Shown: positions 13,654 to 28,600, counted from the first letter of the whole stretch. The stretch is 63,998 bases of DNA, filler included, from Sphacelaria rigidula (GCA_964200075.2; 4 parts of 4 records of this genome joined end to end with filler, not necessarily neighbours in it), one strand, 5' to 3'. A program made the numbers and translations. Notes: generated from the letters alone by a model not told the origin.

Positions 13654-14339
13654 AGACTAGACCCAGACAAGCATGTATGTGCTCCTCCGCATGTCGGGGA
13701 AGAAAGTGACGTGACTTTGTTTTCAGTGCCGGGTCGTGATGAGACGCTAGGGGCGTGCGAAACAGAGGGTCGTACAGGGTAACAGTTGATTGACTGATTG
13801 ATTGATTGATTATCTCACATTAGCTGACTGCAACAATCCAGCCCGTGGTCAGGAGCAGCAAAAATAAATAAATAATAATAAGTAGAAGAAAAAAGAAGGA
13901 AAGGAACAGAAAGAGACAAGCAACGGCCTCAGAAAGGAAAGAAGAAAGGGAGCAGCGATAACAACAAAAACAACAACAAACAACAACAACAAACAACAAC
14001 AGCAACAACAACAAAATAATGACAAACACATACGCAAACCCAAACCCAATACAGTGTACAGGATTTAATACGGGTAAATATATTCGGAAAACCAGTTGCG
14101 CCGCTACTTTTGGGCCGCAGCACCAAATCTCCGAAATGCAGATGCGCCGCATGTTTGTGTATGTGGGGTGCACCGCGAACAGTCATGTGCATCTAGCACA
14201 AAGCCGCGGTGAGGGCGGAGCGCGGTTCGTCGCCTGCGCAAAAGTTTAGAAGACATCCGGAGACGAGGTGGGAGAAGTTGAATCACAGCGTAGTATCGAC
14301 TACGCCTGGACGAATTGTATTTTCTTGCCGTAACCCCAT

Positions 14340-14610
14340 CGCCGCGCCCCGGTGGTTCAATGGCACAATTTACGTTGTTAGGTGGCATGGGTTCAATCCC
14401 CACCAGCTGCGTTTAATTTGGATTTTTTCTACGGAGCACGTATTTTCCATTGTTGGAAGTGAGAGGACGTCAGTAGCACAAATATTTTGTTTTGCGAGAG
14501 TTGGCGCGGTCCGAGAGTGCTGATCCAATTCAAGATACCAAAATGTGAGGCGTGTACCCTCTGAGATCACGGTCTCGTCCCGAGCGAGGGGTGGCATCAA
14601 GAGCTTGACT
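14340..14610 (+). mobile_element. tRNA-headed SINE-like repeat, family A
   Basis: CGCCGCGCCCCGGTGGTTCAATGG...GGTTCAATCCC head; tail AAATGTGAGGCGTGTACC...CTCGTCCCGAGCGAGGGG. Confidence 0.65.
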
Positions 14611-15029
14611 TAAACAAGAACCTCGTCAAATGCCATGAATTTTCGGAACATTTTCCTGTTTGCTCCATTTCCTAGGCCACTTGTCACACTTAGAGAACGT
14701 TTTGCTATACAGGTGTTACTAGATACTACCCGAAATCGCCGGTGTTTGTGTCACGTTGGTTTCGATCGGTCGCACCGGTTTCCCCGCTTCCCGGCCACGG
14801 TATGCCCCACATTTACGTTTGCTCAAATGTTGACACCGTTAAAAGAGTTCCGAGACGGATTTTCACGCAGGTATTCATTCCTGTAGGCGACCCCACGGAC
14901 CTCAGTCTTTAGCCTTTTCGAGTATCAGTCGCATTAGCCATCGAAAGAGCACACTTCTCTCAACAATTTTTACGCTTGCTCAATACATCGCACCGTTTCA
15001 CATCCTGGACAAAATACTGCGTCGCCAAA

Positions 15030-15380
15030 AAGTGTACTGTGTACAGTATGGATCATTGCGTCTATAGTCATAATCCACGATGTGCACAGCGTTGAAGAGT
15101 ATCAAGAACAAAATTTCACAAATGAACGCAAGCCCGAGGTCGCCGATGTTGGTGCCTGTTGACTTTCGTTTCGGTTCCACCGGGTTCTTGGGATCCCTTC
15201 GCGCGAGCAAATGTCGGGAACCCTAAGAAACTAGCTGAGCGAAGCTCACTAGGCACTAACATTTTTGACGACCTAGGACTTGCCTTCAGGAACATGTGTG
15301 TAAAATTCGGTCCCCTAAGTCCTACACACGGTGCGAGAAATGGCTGCCCAAATTTCTACGGTATACCGTGTACTGTAAAC
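15030..15380. repeat. Degenerate inverted repeat (old MITE)
   Basis: AATTTCACA...GCAAGCCCGAGGTCG...ATGTTGGTGCCT pairs with AGGCACTAACAT...CGACCTAGGACTTGC...TGTAAAATT. Confidence 0.5.
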
Positions 15381-16049
15381 TACAATGTTTTGCGCCCCGC
15401 CGGATAATGAGATCTTGGGACTTGGGGTGCAGGGTTACACCGGCACAATGCTGCAGGTAGTGAATCGGGGCCCAACATAACCGAAGCATATATCACTCAG
15501 CGGTGTTGTTCAGGGAATCAGTATATTACCCACAGGCGATATATCCCGTCTTCTGCGGTAGTCGTGCTCAGGTGAGGTACACAGTATACAGGCAACATGC
15601 CACTATAACCGTGAAACGAGGACGGTACACAGTGGCCGGGGAATTTGACACCAAAATCCCACACGACAAGGCAGGCCGGGGGGGGGGGGTGAGGGTTAAC
15701 CGGTTTTTGCTTCTTTCGGAAGCATGATGTCGGACTGACTTCATTTGCCCTCACAAGTAAATGCTCGGTCCTAGCTTCACCAGGTATCCTTCCATTGATG
15801 CTTGGGGTTTAACTCGCCGCATTCTCGTCTTCCCCCACAACTCCAAATTTGAGTCTTCATTTCCTTTACAGGATCTCTGTGTCGGCATTAGTTTTTTCCG
15901 CCTCCGATTGCAATTCCATCGCGTCTTTTTGTTTCTGCCCTGTTTTTTCTCGTTTGTTCCGCCTCTGCCTGTTTTCTTCTGTATCTCCGTTGCGTATCGC
16001 CCCCTCTCGTCAGCACATCAATGCTTGGTGGGGTGTTTATTTTGCTCTT

Positions 16050-16149
16050 NNNNNNNNNNNNNNNNNNNNNNNNNNNNNNNNNNNNNNNNNNNNTTAATTA
16101 ATTAANNNNNNNNNNNNNNNNNNNNNNNNNNNNNNNNNNNNNNNNNNNN
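16050..16149. other. Artificial contig linker
   Basis: N44-TTAATTAATTAA-N44; stop codons in all six frames. Confidence 0.97.
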
Positions 16150-16665
16150 TGCGGTCGGTGCGAGGTTGATACCGTTCTTGGGCGTGACCCTCGGTGGCAC
16201 CACCCTCGCGTGAACACCCGTTGGGGAGGAGGGATAGTTGAAATGATCTAACTTCGAATTCGAATCGTTGATCCGGATTTAATTCCCAAGTACCATTGCC
16301 CTTGTGCGATCCAACACGTTGCTGCGCGTGTTCTGCTGCAATTCCCCGTTCCGTAGCCCTGGTTTTACAATGTAGTGTAAAAACGCGCAGTAGTTACCGA
16401 AGCGTTCGCTCGCCTTTAGAATCCACGCCCCTATGTGCCCTACAACTGCTTTCCGGTTGTTTCCTGTCGGTTGCACGCCAGTGAAAATCTATGACCGAAC
16501 TACGCGTTGTCTTTGAATATTACAGGAGGGACGCATCGTAGTGTATACAACGCGCATACTGGTACCATTGCAGGAGTATAACCATAAGTACGACAGCCAG
16601 ACTCTCGAAAAATGCACGATTGTCAGCATTCTTCGTGAACTGTTTTTCGGTACCCCGTGATCGCT

Positions 16666-19600
16666 ATGGTCCCAGGAAACATCCCGCCAACGGATCTCTT
16701 GCAGTACATTCCGCACGACGCCGTGCGGGCAGATGTTCTTTGCCTCGGGTGCGGCGATCTCCGCGATCTACTCTACTCGCTAGTGCTTCACGGGAGGCGG
16801 GGTGTAGGCGGCGAGCTTGCCCCGCGTCATCTATCCTTCACCCTGAATGACTGGGAGCCCGCAGTTCACGCTCGAAACCTGGTCATGCTCCAGATGTTCC
16901 TCGACTCCCGCAATATTCTCCTGGAAGCACGTCCGTCGCCCGCCGCCACTGGTCTCGGCTCAGGGGTGGAATCCTCGGATAGTCAGGACGGTTCTCGAGG
17001 CGCCGCGCACACAAGAACGGCTGGAGAAGGAGCATGCGGGAAGAATGGCAAGGCGAACGGCAAGGGTGGCCCGACTCGCCCTGGAGCCTCGGACGCGGAA
17101 ACGAGCGAGACGGCGTTTGCTCAAAGAATTGGGGTGATTTTCAGCGCCATGTACAATTCATTTGTGGACGCAGACGTCTTGGAGGACATTCAAGACACGG
17201 CGAGCCGGTTGGCGACGGCTGCCGCTTCTGCAGCGGAATGGGCCTCGACGGAGCTCGGACGACATGTCCGATTTGCTGATGATCGCAGTCAAGATAGGGT
17301 CCGCGAGCTGTTTCGCCTCTACGCTGACGGAAATAGTTTTGGACCTGAAAGGACTAGGAAAGTCAAGCGAGAGCGCTCTGCCTTCGTTCAACAAGGGCTC
17401 GAGCAGCTGGGGATCAAGGGGGAGAAGACCACGCTTGTGTCTCGGAGCTGGGGTCTGGCACGTGCGGCGCCGTCGCAGTCCGAATGTGACGAGGCGTATG
17501 GAAAGATGACACAGCGATGTGAGTTCCATGCTCTACATAGCCCGAAAGCTCACCGTACATGAGTGCGGTCGAATGGAAATGCCGACGACCATTTTCTCAT
17601 GTATCGCTCGTTTGCCCATCCTGTGGAAATTCAACAATGATAAGCTGGCCGAAAACGGGGGTCGCAAGCCGAGCAGAGTCGACGGTATAGTTGGGCTCGC
17701 GTTTGATGGCAAGAAGGCGAGCTTCACGATAGAGTTGTAATGTCAGCATGGTGACAGCATGCTCGTGTGGCTCTCCGCCAGTGCAGTTTTCATGGCCTAC
17801 TCTATGTTTGTTCGACGTGCGCCTGCGGCTTGCGTGTCTCCTAATGCAGTGCGCAAGCATGCAGTGTGAGCGGATGGGGTTGTTCTGTGCCGACACCTGG
17901 GAATATTGTCACCTCTGTTATTGAGAATTAGGCATACCTGGCACTGTTGAGGAATCAAACTTCCCCTCGTTTCGCCGATGTACAGACATGAAGGACGGGG
18001 TGCTAGACCCTTTCCCGCTCTTGCGAGCTCAAGAAGGAGCAGGCGCCAAGCGCAGGGGCTCTCCCGACCGCGTCAATCCCCTCCTGCTGGTCACGGAGAG
18101 GAAGGGCCTATCTTACACCCTGCATTATGCGGCATTTCCGCTCGATGCTTTCCACACAGACGGTGAGATCTTTGCGCGTATGGGCGTGCGCGGTGGCTTT
18201 TTGTATGCGTGGGGCTGGCGAGTTGGGGTCCATCAGTTGAGAGCGAACCGACTACGCACGTTCTTCAAACATGTTTTCCACAATGAGCCTAAAAACTGAG
18301 TGGTTTTTGATCAACCTTAGAGGCAGTTTTTCGGGAGCAAACGTCCAGTACAACGCCCGAATATATTGTTGGCAACTCATGGAAAATATGAAACTAGAAA
18401 ATAATGGATGTGCCACAATTGTTGCGATGCTCATCAACTCCAGCATCGTGGTGATCGAGGCTTACACACGGTCTGTTGCAATTTGAGTGTATGGTGTGTC
18501 TTTGGTGTAAACAAGTACGGAGTACTTCGGACTTATAAATAAAAAATGGAGAGAGCAGGTCTATAGGATCCCTCGACGGCACAAGGCGTGAGCACCCTTC
18601 GTTATTGATCATAGGTCAGTCTCTCACACAAGAAAACAAAACAAAAGTCACAGCAGCCCTGAACGTGTATCAACATCGCATCTGCTGACGCAGCGGGTGC
18701 AGTCGCTGACGCAGCAGGCCCCGCCGTATCACCATCGCCGGGGTCTGCTGCCGGCGGACCGCCAGACGTGGAAAACCTTTGCATCGTTCTAATGGTCTAC
18801 TGCTGTGTGCTTTGTGTGGTGTGTGTGGTGTGTGTTCTCTGCTTTGAGGCGGCGTGGCGGCGTACTTTGGATGGGTTTCCGCTGGTTTTTGAGGCGTACT
18901 GTGGTACGTACGCAAGTTGTGTATGCACTGGCGGTACTGGCTGCCCCTTTGCCAACTCTTAGGAACTGGCTAGTTCCTAAGAACTGGCAGTACGTACTGG
19001 TTCAGTATCCAACCATACGAAACGCGGCAACAGCTTTTAGGGTATAAACAAGCTGGTGGGAGTACATCTTCCCGACACCGGATATCCTTGGTGAAGGGGG
19101 ATGGGGGTGGTGATCAACGTTTGTCCGCCGCTGTCCGTTTTCATTCAAGCATTACCCCCCCCGCCCCCCCCCCCCCCCCCCCCCCCCCGCCCGCCCACCC
19201 CGACCCCCCCCCGGCCCACCCCCCCCACCACCACGACACNNNNNNNNNNTGGGGGGGGGGGGGGGGGGGTGCTGTCACTCCCCCGCCCCCCCCCTCTGTT
19301 TCCCTCCCAGGACTCCCCCCCCCCCCCCCCCCCCCCGTGCGCGCACTGCCATAGGCAGCTCCACTGTCAACAGCGAATACCCCCTGTGCCCAAAACGTGC
19401 GAAATGACAAAAAATGCCATCAGGCGTTGCTCCCCATACAAGAAGCCTGAAAATGTTGATTTTGAACGTGTTTCATGTTGCCACATGAAGCGGGTACCAT
19501 ATTGCCGATTTTACATTCGTCCCCGGTGGTAAGGCAAAGATAAATTAAGGAGTTTCCCAAACCAATCCCATCGCTTAGAACGGGGCTCACGCCAGCTGTT

Positions 19601-22600
19601 CCGACGTGGACGGACCCTGGCTATAGCCTTTGCTGGGGGTTCGGCAAATTGGTGAATTTATTGACCGATTGTCGAACTTCAGGTGATTCGCTACCACTTC
19701 ACCCGTGGTTGAAAATATAGATATTCCCAAGGCCAATGGCCGCAAACAATCGATGAGAGAAACTCGAGAGACGGGAGGAGTTGAGACGAGAAGGGCAAAC
19801 GGAGTAAGCTTGGGGAAAGAGATTACGAGGCAAGAGGCAAGGTTGAAAGGAGAGCAAAGGGGAAGGGAAAATAACCCAAGGCTAAGATGTAGCACTGGCT
19901 CCGATATAGAGAAACAGGCAGGCCGGGTGAGGAGAACATACAAAAGTAGAGAAACAAGTGAAAATATGGACTGAGAAAGGGGAGAGACCCGGGAATACAT
20001 CACAACATGAAAGGAAACACAGCTTGGGAACGTCGCGATAGTTGCAAGTCAAGATACTATATGCTTCACCGAGCGTTTTTCTTCCTTGTCGCAATCCACC
20101 TATTCGTGTCATGTAGGTCCCAACATATTTCCGTTGCCCTCGTTCGCTTCCCGCTTGTTGTGTTCCACGTTGGGGGTGAAAGTGGCCTGGTGGAAACTAC
20201 GCGAGGACAGTCTCCAGGACGAGTACGGCAAACTCGCACCCCCGGTTTCCAAATACCCGGACTTTTACATCCTCGGCTGTAAGGAGGGTACCGTCTCCAG
20301 CGCCACTGCGCAGCTGGGGATGCAGACCGCCTGGTTCAGCGCTGCGTTGGAAGAACTGTCCCAGATGTGCGGCGCGTTCTTGGAAGCCACCGCGCCGTCG
20401 ACGCCTCGCTTGAGCCTCATCATCCACGCAGGAGAAGCGCTCAACTTCTGCGACGCGCTTGTAGTGGCGTCGCCGCCGAGTGGGCCGGCTTGCCCCCGAG
20501 CCACGGAAGAGAGCGGCGACAGCCAGGGCGAGCCGCGCTCTCCTCCTGCGCCGATCATGTTCCAGCAGTATACGTTGCAGCCCTTGCAACTGCGGGCGGA
20601 GACATTGGGATGTTTCGCCGATTGTCGCCCGGCGTTCGATGTGGTCAACACTAGCAACCTTGCAGAGCATCTCGGTAGGTGTTTCGAACACGAAGATGTG
20701 CCGTAGGGGAAGCTGTCGCTGGTGTCGTAGACGGATGATTCACAAAGCTCCAAGGTTATTGACAAGTGCCTGACATATTCTACAGAGTCTGATTCTGGTG
20801 TTGCTGGTACACCGTTTTGTGTGGTGTCGCTGCCTCCGAAGATGTTCAAACCAATTCGATCCCTCAACAGCACCCGAATTGTGCAAACATTCCGCCCATG
20901 GCTGTGCAGGTATCGTCAACCTTCTGGTGGGTTCCACGCCGCTGCTCTCTGAATCACCACACGCGGTGCTTCTCACGAGCTTGATGAGGGAAGTATCTCT
21001 GCGCAAGATGTACCTCACCATCGACGACTTCTACAAAAAATCCCTGTGTATGAGCGCGCACACTGCCGCTGTGCTGTTAGGTGCGTGCCAGCCTTTTCCC
21101 CGGAGCAATTTCCTCCATTTTAGTCATTGCATGGTTGAAGTTGACTGTATGCGGCTGTGATATGTGAGTACGATCGTCGGCGGCGCTGCTATATTTCAGT
21201 TCCACGCGCTCGGAGACCAGGGTTGTCAGGAGGAAAAGTGGGAAAATCCTCCCGAAACCGCATCTTCAGAACTCGGTTTGAAGCCTTCGCTGACCGGATC
21301 TTGCCGAAACGCTCCTGCCGCGTTGGTGACCGTGGGCACTGTTCTACGTACTGCGCAGCGACAAATTACATTTCTTCTAGACATGAGCTCATCGATGCAT
21401 TGATACTGTGTTGATGAGCATGCAATTTATGTTGCAATCCCTCTCTGCTACAGTAGTAGGAATCGCACGGCCGTTCCAGTTACAAAGATTCCATCCTGTG
21501 CAGTGCTGGCAGGCCTTGCAGTACGCGTACTTGCAGGCCTTGCAACATGTCACACGTCGAACAGCTCATGATCTACCCAAACACTAGTTTTTGTTAATGT
21601 ACCGATCCAGATCATGAGCTAGCTCGTTTGGGCCCTTTCTCCATTTTTTGCTCCCCACAGCGCCGGACGCAGAGCACGCGGAGTAGCTCAAAGGTAGCGC
21701 TTTGGCTTCTCAGACCCTGCTGTCACATACTTTTTACTCTTGGGCAACGGATTTGAGAGGCTTCTTTGATTACTTATTTTAGGTGGCACATGAGCCGTCC
21801 GACGTGTGCAACATTCTCCTCATCCTTCTTTGTATGTCGCTGGGCGTTCTCGTGTTCGGAAGGTGTGACACCAGTTTCCGGTATTTCGGCCGTCGTCGAT
21901 CACATGGACACCACAGCCTTCGTGCGGCATCGCACAAAAACTGGATTAATGCCCGGCGACGCGTGTCTTCTGCGCCTCACATGGAAGCGTCCCGCACTTG
22001 CATTCTCCAACCTGGCGGTGAGAGCTGGGTTCTATTCGTTGTGCCCCTTGCCCCAGATTTTCGCGAATCGCCAACGTAGCATGCGGTTTCGAGCAGCGTT
22101 GGGAACGAACGCCCTCCCACCGTGTTACAGGGGACGACCATGACAGCAGGAGGGCATTTGCTGGTGGCGGTTTAGGCAAAGACGGTAACTTCGTTCATAA
22201 GGACAATGTTGAAAGAGGTAAGTGTGTCGGTCGTTTCTTGATCCGAGGCCGTTGAGAACATCGGTGGTGTACAGTAGTGCTGGGCATACGCCGAACGGCA
22301 GTCATGAGCGTGTTGTTGGAACAGCATATTTGGCCCATGTGTCTGATGTTTGGCATTCCCCCGAACGTGTACGTGTCCAACCGGGAGCAGGTGACGTCGA
22401 AGCCGGTGGACAAGCGATTAGACATCTCTCCGAGTGACTTCGCGCACCTCACGCTGCCAGTTTACAAGGAGATGAATCACTACATGCTACTCGTGCAGAA
22501 ATTTATTTCGGCTGGCCGTCAAAGGACTGAGGAGATGATGGCCGCGCTGGCTACCCCTAGGCACTACACGCCGCTGTCGTTCGCAAGGCTGGTGGCGGCG

Positions 22601-25600
22601 GCGGGGCGGCAGCTACGTTTGGGCATTGATCACCACGTGGCTGCGCTGGACGCTACGATTGAGAAAAGCGGTTTCATCTTAGCCTCCAACTTTCAGCAAG
22701 AGCAGGTGAAGGATCGTGCCCATATCTTTTGGCCCTGGCGATGGAACAAGTGTGTACTTGAAGGTGCTGTTTTTTTAACGACAAACGATTGAGTTTGTAT
22801 AGCTTTCACGCTAAACTATTAGCCCGAGACGTGCTTTCAGACCCGTATAAAAATGTGCCCCGGTGCAGCACGGTACTCAGTAAATAGGAGATGGACAGGA
22901 GGTGCAGGTTTTGTTTGTGTAGACTGGAGGCAAGCACGTGCTGATCTTGGCTGTGTGCATAAACTTGAAAACACTTAACCCGTTGCGTCCCCTCATGAGA
23001 AAACGCTTATCCGACCGCACCAGAGTGTCATTTTTTGTGCGCGGGTGACGTTTACGAGCTGGGCCAGCTTAAAAGCGGCTAATAGTTGCCCACACCACAG
23101 CTTTTCCAGTTTTACGAATGAACCCGATGTAAGCATATCTCTGTAAACTGCAGACCCACCTGATGACAAAGGACTGCGTCGCTGTTCGATTTGCGTCGTA
23201 TTGTCGATGACGTTATTGCACTGCATAGAGTACGGGGTGCGCCGGATATCGTTGGGCGATCGTGTGTCGGAGTGCGTTTTCTTTTTTTTATGCGGCGGGT
23301 TCACGTCAGCAATCACCGCGCACTGGGTATTTTTGGGGTGCAGCAGCGTCACGCAAAACGTTACACGCACGACCCAATTCGACGGCTCTTGAGCTGATTT
23401 TTCACGAAGACCTTCTGCACCCGAGGAAATCATACATCTCGGAAGCAGCTGCATGTTCTCATTTTTTCCCTGGACTTATAAGATTATCTTGTTTTTGCTG
23501 AAATTTCAAATCCCCATAAGTCCGTTTTTTTTTCTTTTCTGCTCTCGGGATGTTCTGCATGTCGACCATAATAAGCTGCTGTCAAAATTTCAGCGCCCAA
23601 CTCCTAATTTTACGCCGTGCGTCGCCTGAGCGAGCAAACTACCCACTGTTGGCTGGCCTAGCTCGAAGTAGTTTTCATCTGAAAGAGGAGATTTTTGTGA
23701 TTTTGTCGCGGTCGGCGATATTCGATGTTTTTTCGCGTGCCACCGCTTATCCCAGCGAACGAATGATCCCAACGTTTCGGCGTCGGGTAATGCTAGGCAT
23801 CCGCTCCCAATTCGAGACAAAAATTGTCGCTGCGCTCAATATTGAAGAACTGACGAGATGGTTCGACAACGAATGTTACCGACGGTTTTTGGTCCAGAAC
23901 ACATTTCGTTTCGGCTCAAGCGCAATGCATAGGTGAAAATACAATAAGAGTACGTAAAATCATTCATGGGAATGATGGGAAGTGGTTCGGCCCTGCCTGT
24001 GCTAAGCAAAGCTCGGTTGGGCTGTTTTAGTTTTGAGTACTCCTCTGAATTTTCTCGTGTGGTATCCGTCGTTGACGCTTAAACGTCCTAGCGTCAACAC
24101 ATATTGGGAAGAGAAGCAGGTCGTGCTCCGGACACAATCCTCGATTCGTGTTGTCGGGGTGAATCGGAGTAAGCACTTTGTTCATCAGGGGGTGTTATCG
24201 ACAATAACTGCCTCGAAAAACAGTTATCTGCTCTTGCGCAATAAATAGGGGAAATTCTCAAATATCAATGGTTCCATTCGTTCGCAACAACGATTGGGAT
24301 AGCTTCAATCAAGCCAAAACACCCAAGGGTCAAAACCTGGGGCTGGGTAGTCTCAGGACCCCCGAAAACCAGTCAGCCCGTAGTTCGTTCAATATTGAGC
24401 GTAGATGACATATTATTTCGGAACGTAGAGGAAATGCCTAGTATCTCCCGATTCCCAAACTTCGGGGTCAAACGTTTACTGGGATGAGCGGTGGCATGCG
24501 AAAGCACGGTCAAATATCTCCACGAAAAAAACTGCGAAAATCTCCTATTTCAGACAAAAACTACTGTATAATGGTGGATTTCTCTGTTGCCTTCTGTCGT
24601 AAAAATTGTTGCCGTCGGTCTTTTATGCCCCCATATTTTCTTTGTCAGGGCTTGAAATGATGAGGTTTCTGACCCGGAAATGAAAGGGGAGGCTTCCCAA
24701 GGGATTAAGCGGGCTTCACATGTGGTGGTGGTACAAGTGTGGCGCTAGGCAGATGTTGGGCAAGCGTCGTCTACGCTATTGTTGAAAGGGGCTATCAGTA
24801 AATGTGTGCGGGATACTGTACCCACCCGTTGGAGTCAGCATCAGCGAAATTAGATTCACGAGTAGGGAAGTGCACGCCGAGTGACCAGCCCCACGCATCG
24901 CTGACAAGTGCAGTTTGACGAAAAAAATGGAGAATAAAAAAAGAAACAGCACCTCTGATGCAGTTAGATCTCTTCGAAAACCCACCTTAGGGTAGCAGGT
25001 GTCCCACGTTTTTTCAAGATATTCCGCTACGTTTAATTTTATCATGGTGAATTTTCTCTCCCATTATACGTTTTACATAATTTCAGCAAAGACGAACGCA
25101 TAGAGGCGCATGGCGAGAAAGCGTCACGGCGGATAACTGCCCGTTGCAAAAATGGAAATGAAGTGTTGGCCTCGACGTGTTTCTGAACTTCTTCCACTGC
25201 AGCATGCGGCTACCTCAAGCAGTGAATTTCCTCAGATTCTCAGCACCGTGTTCTCACCACGACGCGTCACAGACCGGAATACAGCAGCAGCACAGCAGCT
25301 CAGGCAACACCCACCGCAGATCAAACCACCCTTGCAGGGTTTAATCGCACCACACCACACCACAGCTACAGCATAGAAATGATGGGTGTGGGCACGAAGC
25401 GCTTTGTTGGTTTTACAGAAGACCAAACAGCCAACATATTTGTCTTGAGAGGACTGCGTGTCGCCTGCAATTTTCGTGTCGACCGGGACAGAGCGACAGT
25501 GCAACAGCTCAGACAATCCCCAGCGCAGATCAAGCCGTCGCCGCAAGCTTCAAACGCACCGCACTACGGTGTCAGCTGTAGAGGCTAGTTTACCGTCGTT

Positions 25601-28600
25601 GGGCTACAAATATCCATGGTTGACATAATTTTACATGTATCGCTACCCCTACCCCTAACCACAACCCAACGTATTCCGAGAACCCATGGGCAACGGTGGT
25701 AAATACATTCCCTAGGCAAAGTGCGGCCTTGGTAGACCCCAAATCGGCGCCCGTGGCTCCGATTTCAACGACAACGCGTTCTGCGCACCCGAGGAGCACA
25801 CCGGACTGTCAGCCTCACTACAGTCCCGATTCTCGTTGTACACACTTCGAATCAAGTAATATCAACCATGGACATTTGTTGCCCAACGCCGGTAAACTCT
25901 ACTGCAGCTGCAACACAGGAGCAAAGGGTCTGAGCACGAAGCACCGTGTTCGCTGTGTAAGGCACAACACCCAACAAGCAAGTTGTGGCATCTTCAACGT
26001 CGACACGACAGCACTGCGTGCCGACTACAATTTACACAGACTAAACCCAACAATGGTACAACAGCTCTCTGGCATTCCCAGCGGAGACCAACTCTTATTC
26101 GAAACGTCTGAACACACCGCAGTACAGTCACAGCTACAGCGCATGGCAGAGGGCGTGAGGGTATTCGTGCCACAGTACAACGAAACACGAGGGCCCATAG
26201 TTTTGTTCTTCGCCCGATTTTGAACAGCTCTTGAATTTTGTTTGGGGGTTTAAAATTGGGTGCCCATTTCGATCAGACACCCGCCCGTTGACCACTGTTC
26301 GAAACCCTCGGGGTCACTTTTGTTCAAAATCGTCACTGGTTGTGGTTCATAAGACGCTGCTTTTCGCATTCCGATCAAATTCGGGCGCGTTTTTTTTTTT
26401 GACGGGCACCCGTGAGAATGGGTCTCATTTATATCTACAGCATAATAGCCAAAGAAAAGCAGCAGGTTGGGATTGGCAACGCCGACGAAACTCGTCGAAT
26501 TGATATGACTGAATGAATGAATAACGAGATCGCCCGTCCTTTCGTCACACGCGAAAATGATCAAGCGCGGAGGGAGTTCCGGTTGAGATGATGCCCCTCT
26601 GTGCTTCAATTGAATGTCGAGCGCATAGTCACTGCGTTGTGCATTCCCTCTGACGTCTAGATCGAGCTGACAATCTAAAGTGAAATTCCTTGAATACGTT
26701 GGCAGGTGTCAACATTGTTTGCTCTGGTTCACTCCTCAACCTCGCTCTCACTAATCGTTCGCACTCTTCACCTGCTTCCCCTGCTTCCCCGACTTCACTT
26801 GTTCATGGATCATGGCAGTTTATGCTCTTCGACGCCCTGGACCTCGCACCCATCCGTCAAGCTATGCGAGTATCGGTCCCAGCAGCCAACTTGGCAACGC
26901 AACGCGTGGTGTTATTGCTTCCAGAATCCGCTCTCAGCTTGATGCGGGAGTTCAAGTTACCCCAAGTGTACCTCTCGATAGCTACAAAAGAGAATGTCGC
27001 TCCTGGTTTTGACAATCACTTTCTCAGCCTTCACATGGCCTACGTCAGAGTGCGACGAGGGCGCGTGCGCAGCGACGAAGACGGAGATGACTGGCAATCT
27101 CTGAATGACCATCTGCATGTCCGAGACACGAACAGGGACGACCCTGAGGCGGAGCTCATGGTCTCGGCTGTCATCCCTGGCTACGCGGTAACGGCCATGC
27201 CGCCTGAGATGGTGAAGCTGGAGCTGCGACCTAGAGAAAATCACGAGACTGTCAACGCCCCGAAAGCCACGAAGCGCAGGATGAAAAATGGCGGAGGGCT
27301 GGACAAGTACTATCGGGCTTGTCTCTCGGACCGAGACAGGATCGCAGTTATGTCCACAGAAGGCTCGGCGAGCTCGTCAAAGAGACGCGCTGGTGCAACA
27401 CGGCCGTTAGTTTGTCCGCCAAAGGTCGCGAGGGATCGGCGGATTGAAGCAGGGTCGTCCCCGATCTCTCCGGGAGAGGTGCTGGGAACACCCAAGCCGG
27501 CTGTACTGCATCGGATAGCGCATGGCGAATTCCTCGTTGACCAATCCGTGCAGCTGGTCAGCGAGAACGGTCGGTTCAAGTATCGCGTGACGGTGGTCAT
27601 GGCGAACGATAGAGCAAAGGGTCTTCTAGCTACTGACGGGGTAGCCCCTATCGTGGAGGAAACCGTAGATCACTGCTCCGTGCGCATAAAACTCGGAGGG
27701 GGGCTGATGACGCACGAAACGCAGTTGCCGTTTCCTGTCAACTGGAAATCCGCGCACATCAAGTTTAGCAAGAAACAAGGATATCTAGTCTTGACGATAC
27801 CGCCGGCGGCGAGTGCTATTCGGACCCCGTTCGTCGGGGAACGCGTAGGATGCGGAGGTGAAGACGTGCTTCGCACGGCTCTTCCATCGAGCTGGTGCTT
27901 TCCGATCTGCCCATCTTTGAGGTCGATGCCGAGATTGGACCTGGCCGGTGATTGGTCAACTGATCTGATTCGCAAGGTCAGTGTGCCGTGTTTTCGGAAA
28001 CACTCAAGGGTCTTCTATTCACCCTTCAAATGTTTTTTTCTTCACTGCGTGACCTGGCGGTGATTATCGTACTTGTAAATTGGGACATTGGTGACGTCAT
28101 TCGCAGTACTTGGAACCCGCGTGGATGCTTGGAAACCCACGCGTAGTACAAACCGCTGTTCGTACCCGTTCACCTATTTCATGGCTGCCACAGCCTTTTG
28201 TGTTAATGGTCTGGTTACAGTACTGCCGTTGATGTTCAAACCTTGAACATGATGTTCCTTTCGATTCGCTTCCTTGACACTTGTGATCATCTACCTTCGG
28301 CTACTGGTAGGTGTTTGGAGACTTTTCCATTTCTCAAGCAGAACAGGCTGCCGATGGTGTCGAGCAAGGGGATGCAAATGCCGGGTTTCACCAGGGGCTG
28401 CTCCAATTGAAAGTGAGTATGCTGCAATATTTTTTCTTCGACTGACGATGTGTTGGGCACTCCGAAGTCAATGAATGTACTAGTTTCGGAGGGAGTTGGC
28501 TCTTATGCTTCAATTTCAATCGAATACCAACAGCGCCTGCCGCTTTGCCGGCGTTTTACTCCACCCGTTGAAAGTTTTTTTGATCGTGCCGCACAGTTTT

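Noticed and set aside
13820..14192. Hydrophobic membrane-like ORFs (also 33007-33419, 33742-34148, 39332-39781, 48463-48663)
   Set aside because: Translations of microsatellites or AT-rich low-complexity sequence.
15503..15570. Possible first exon (…AIYPVFCG) of the DUF4470 gene
   Set aside because: It lies on the other side of an artificial linker, on a different contig.
19088..19532. Proline/glycine-rich ORFs
   Set aside because: Derived from poly-C/poly-G runs around a 10-N gap in an intron; low-quality sequence.
21678..21717. tRNA-like 5' half GCGGAGTAGCTCAAAGGTAGCGC
   Set aside because: No T-arm/B-box or acceptor-stem partner follows; at most a fragment.
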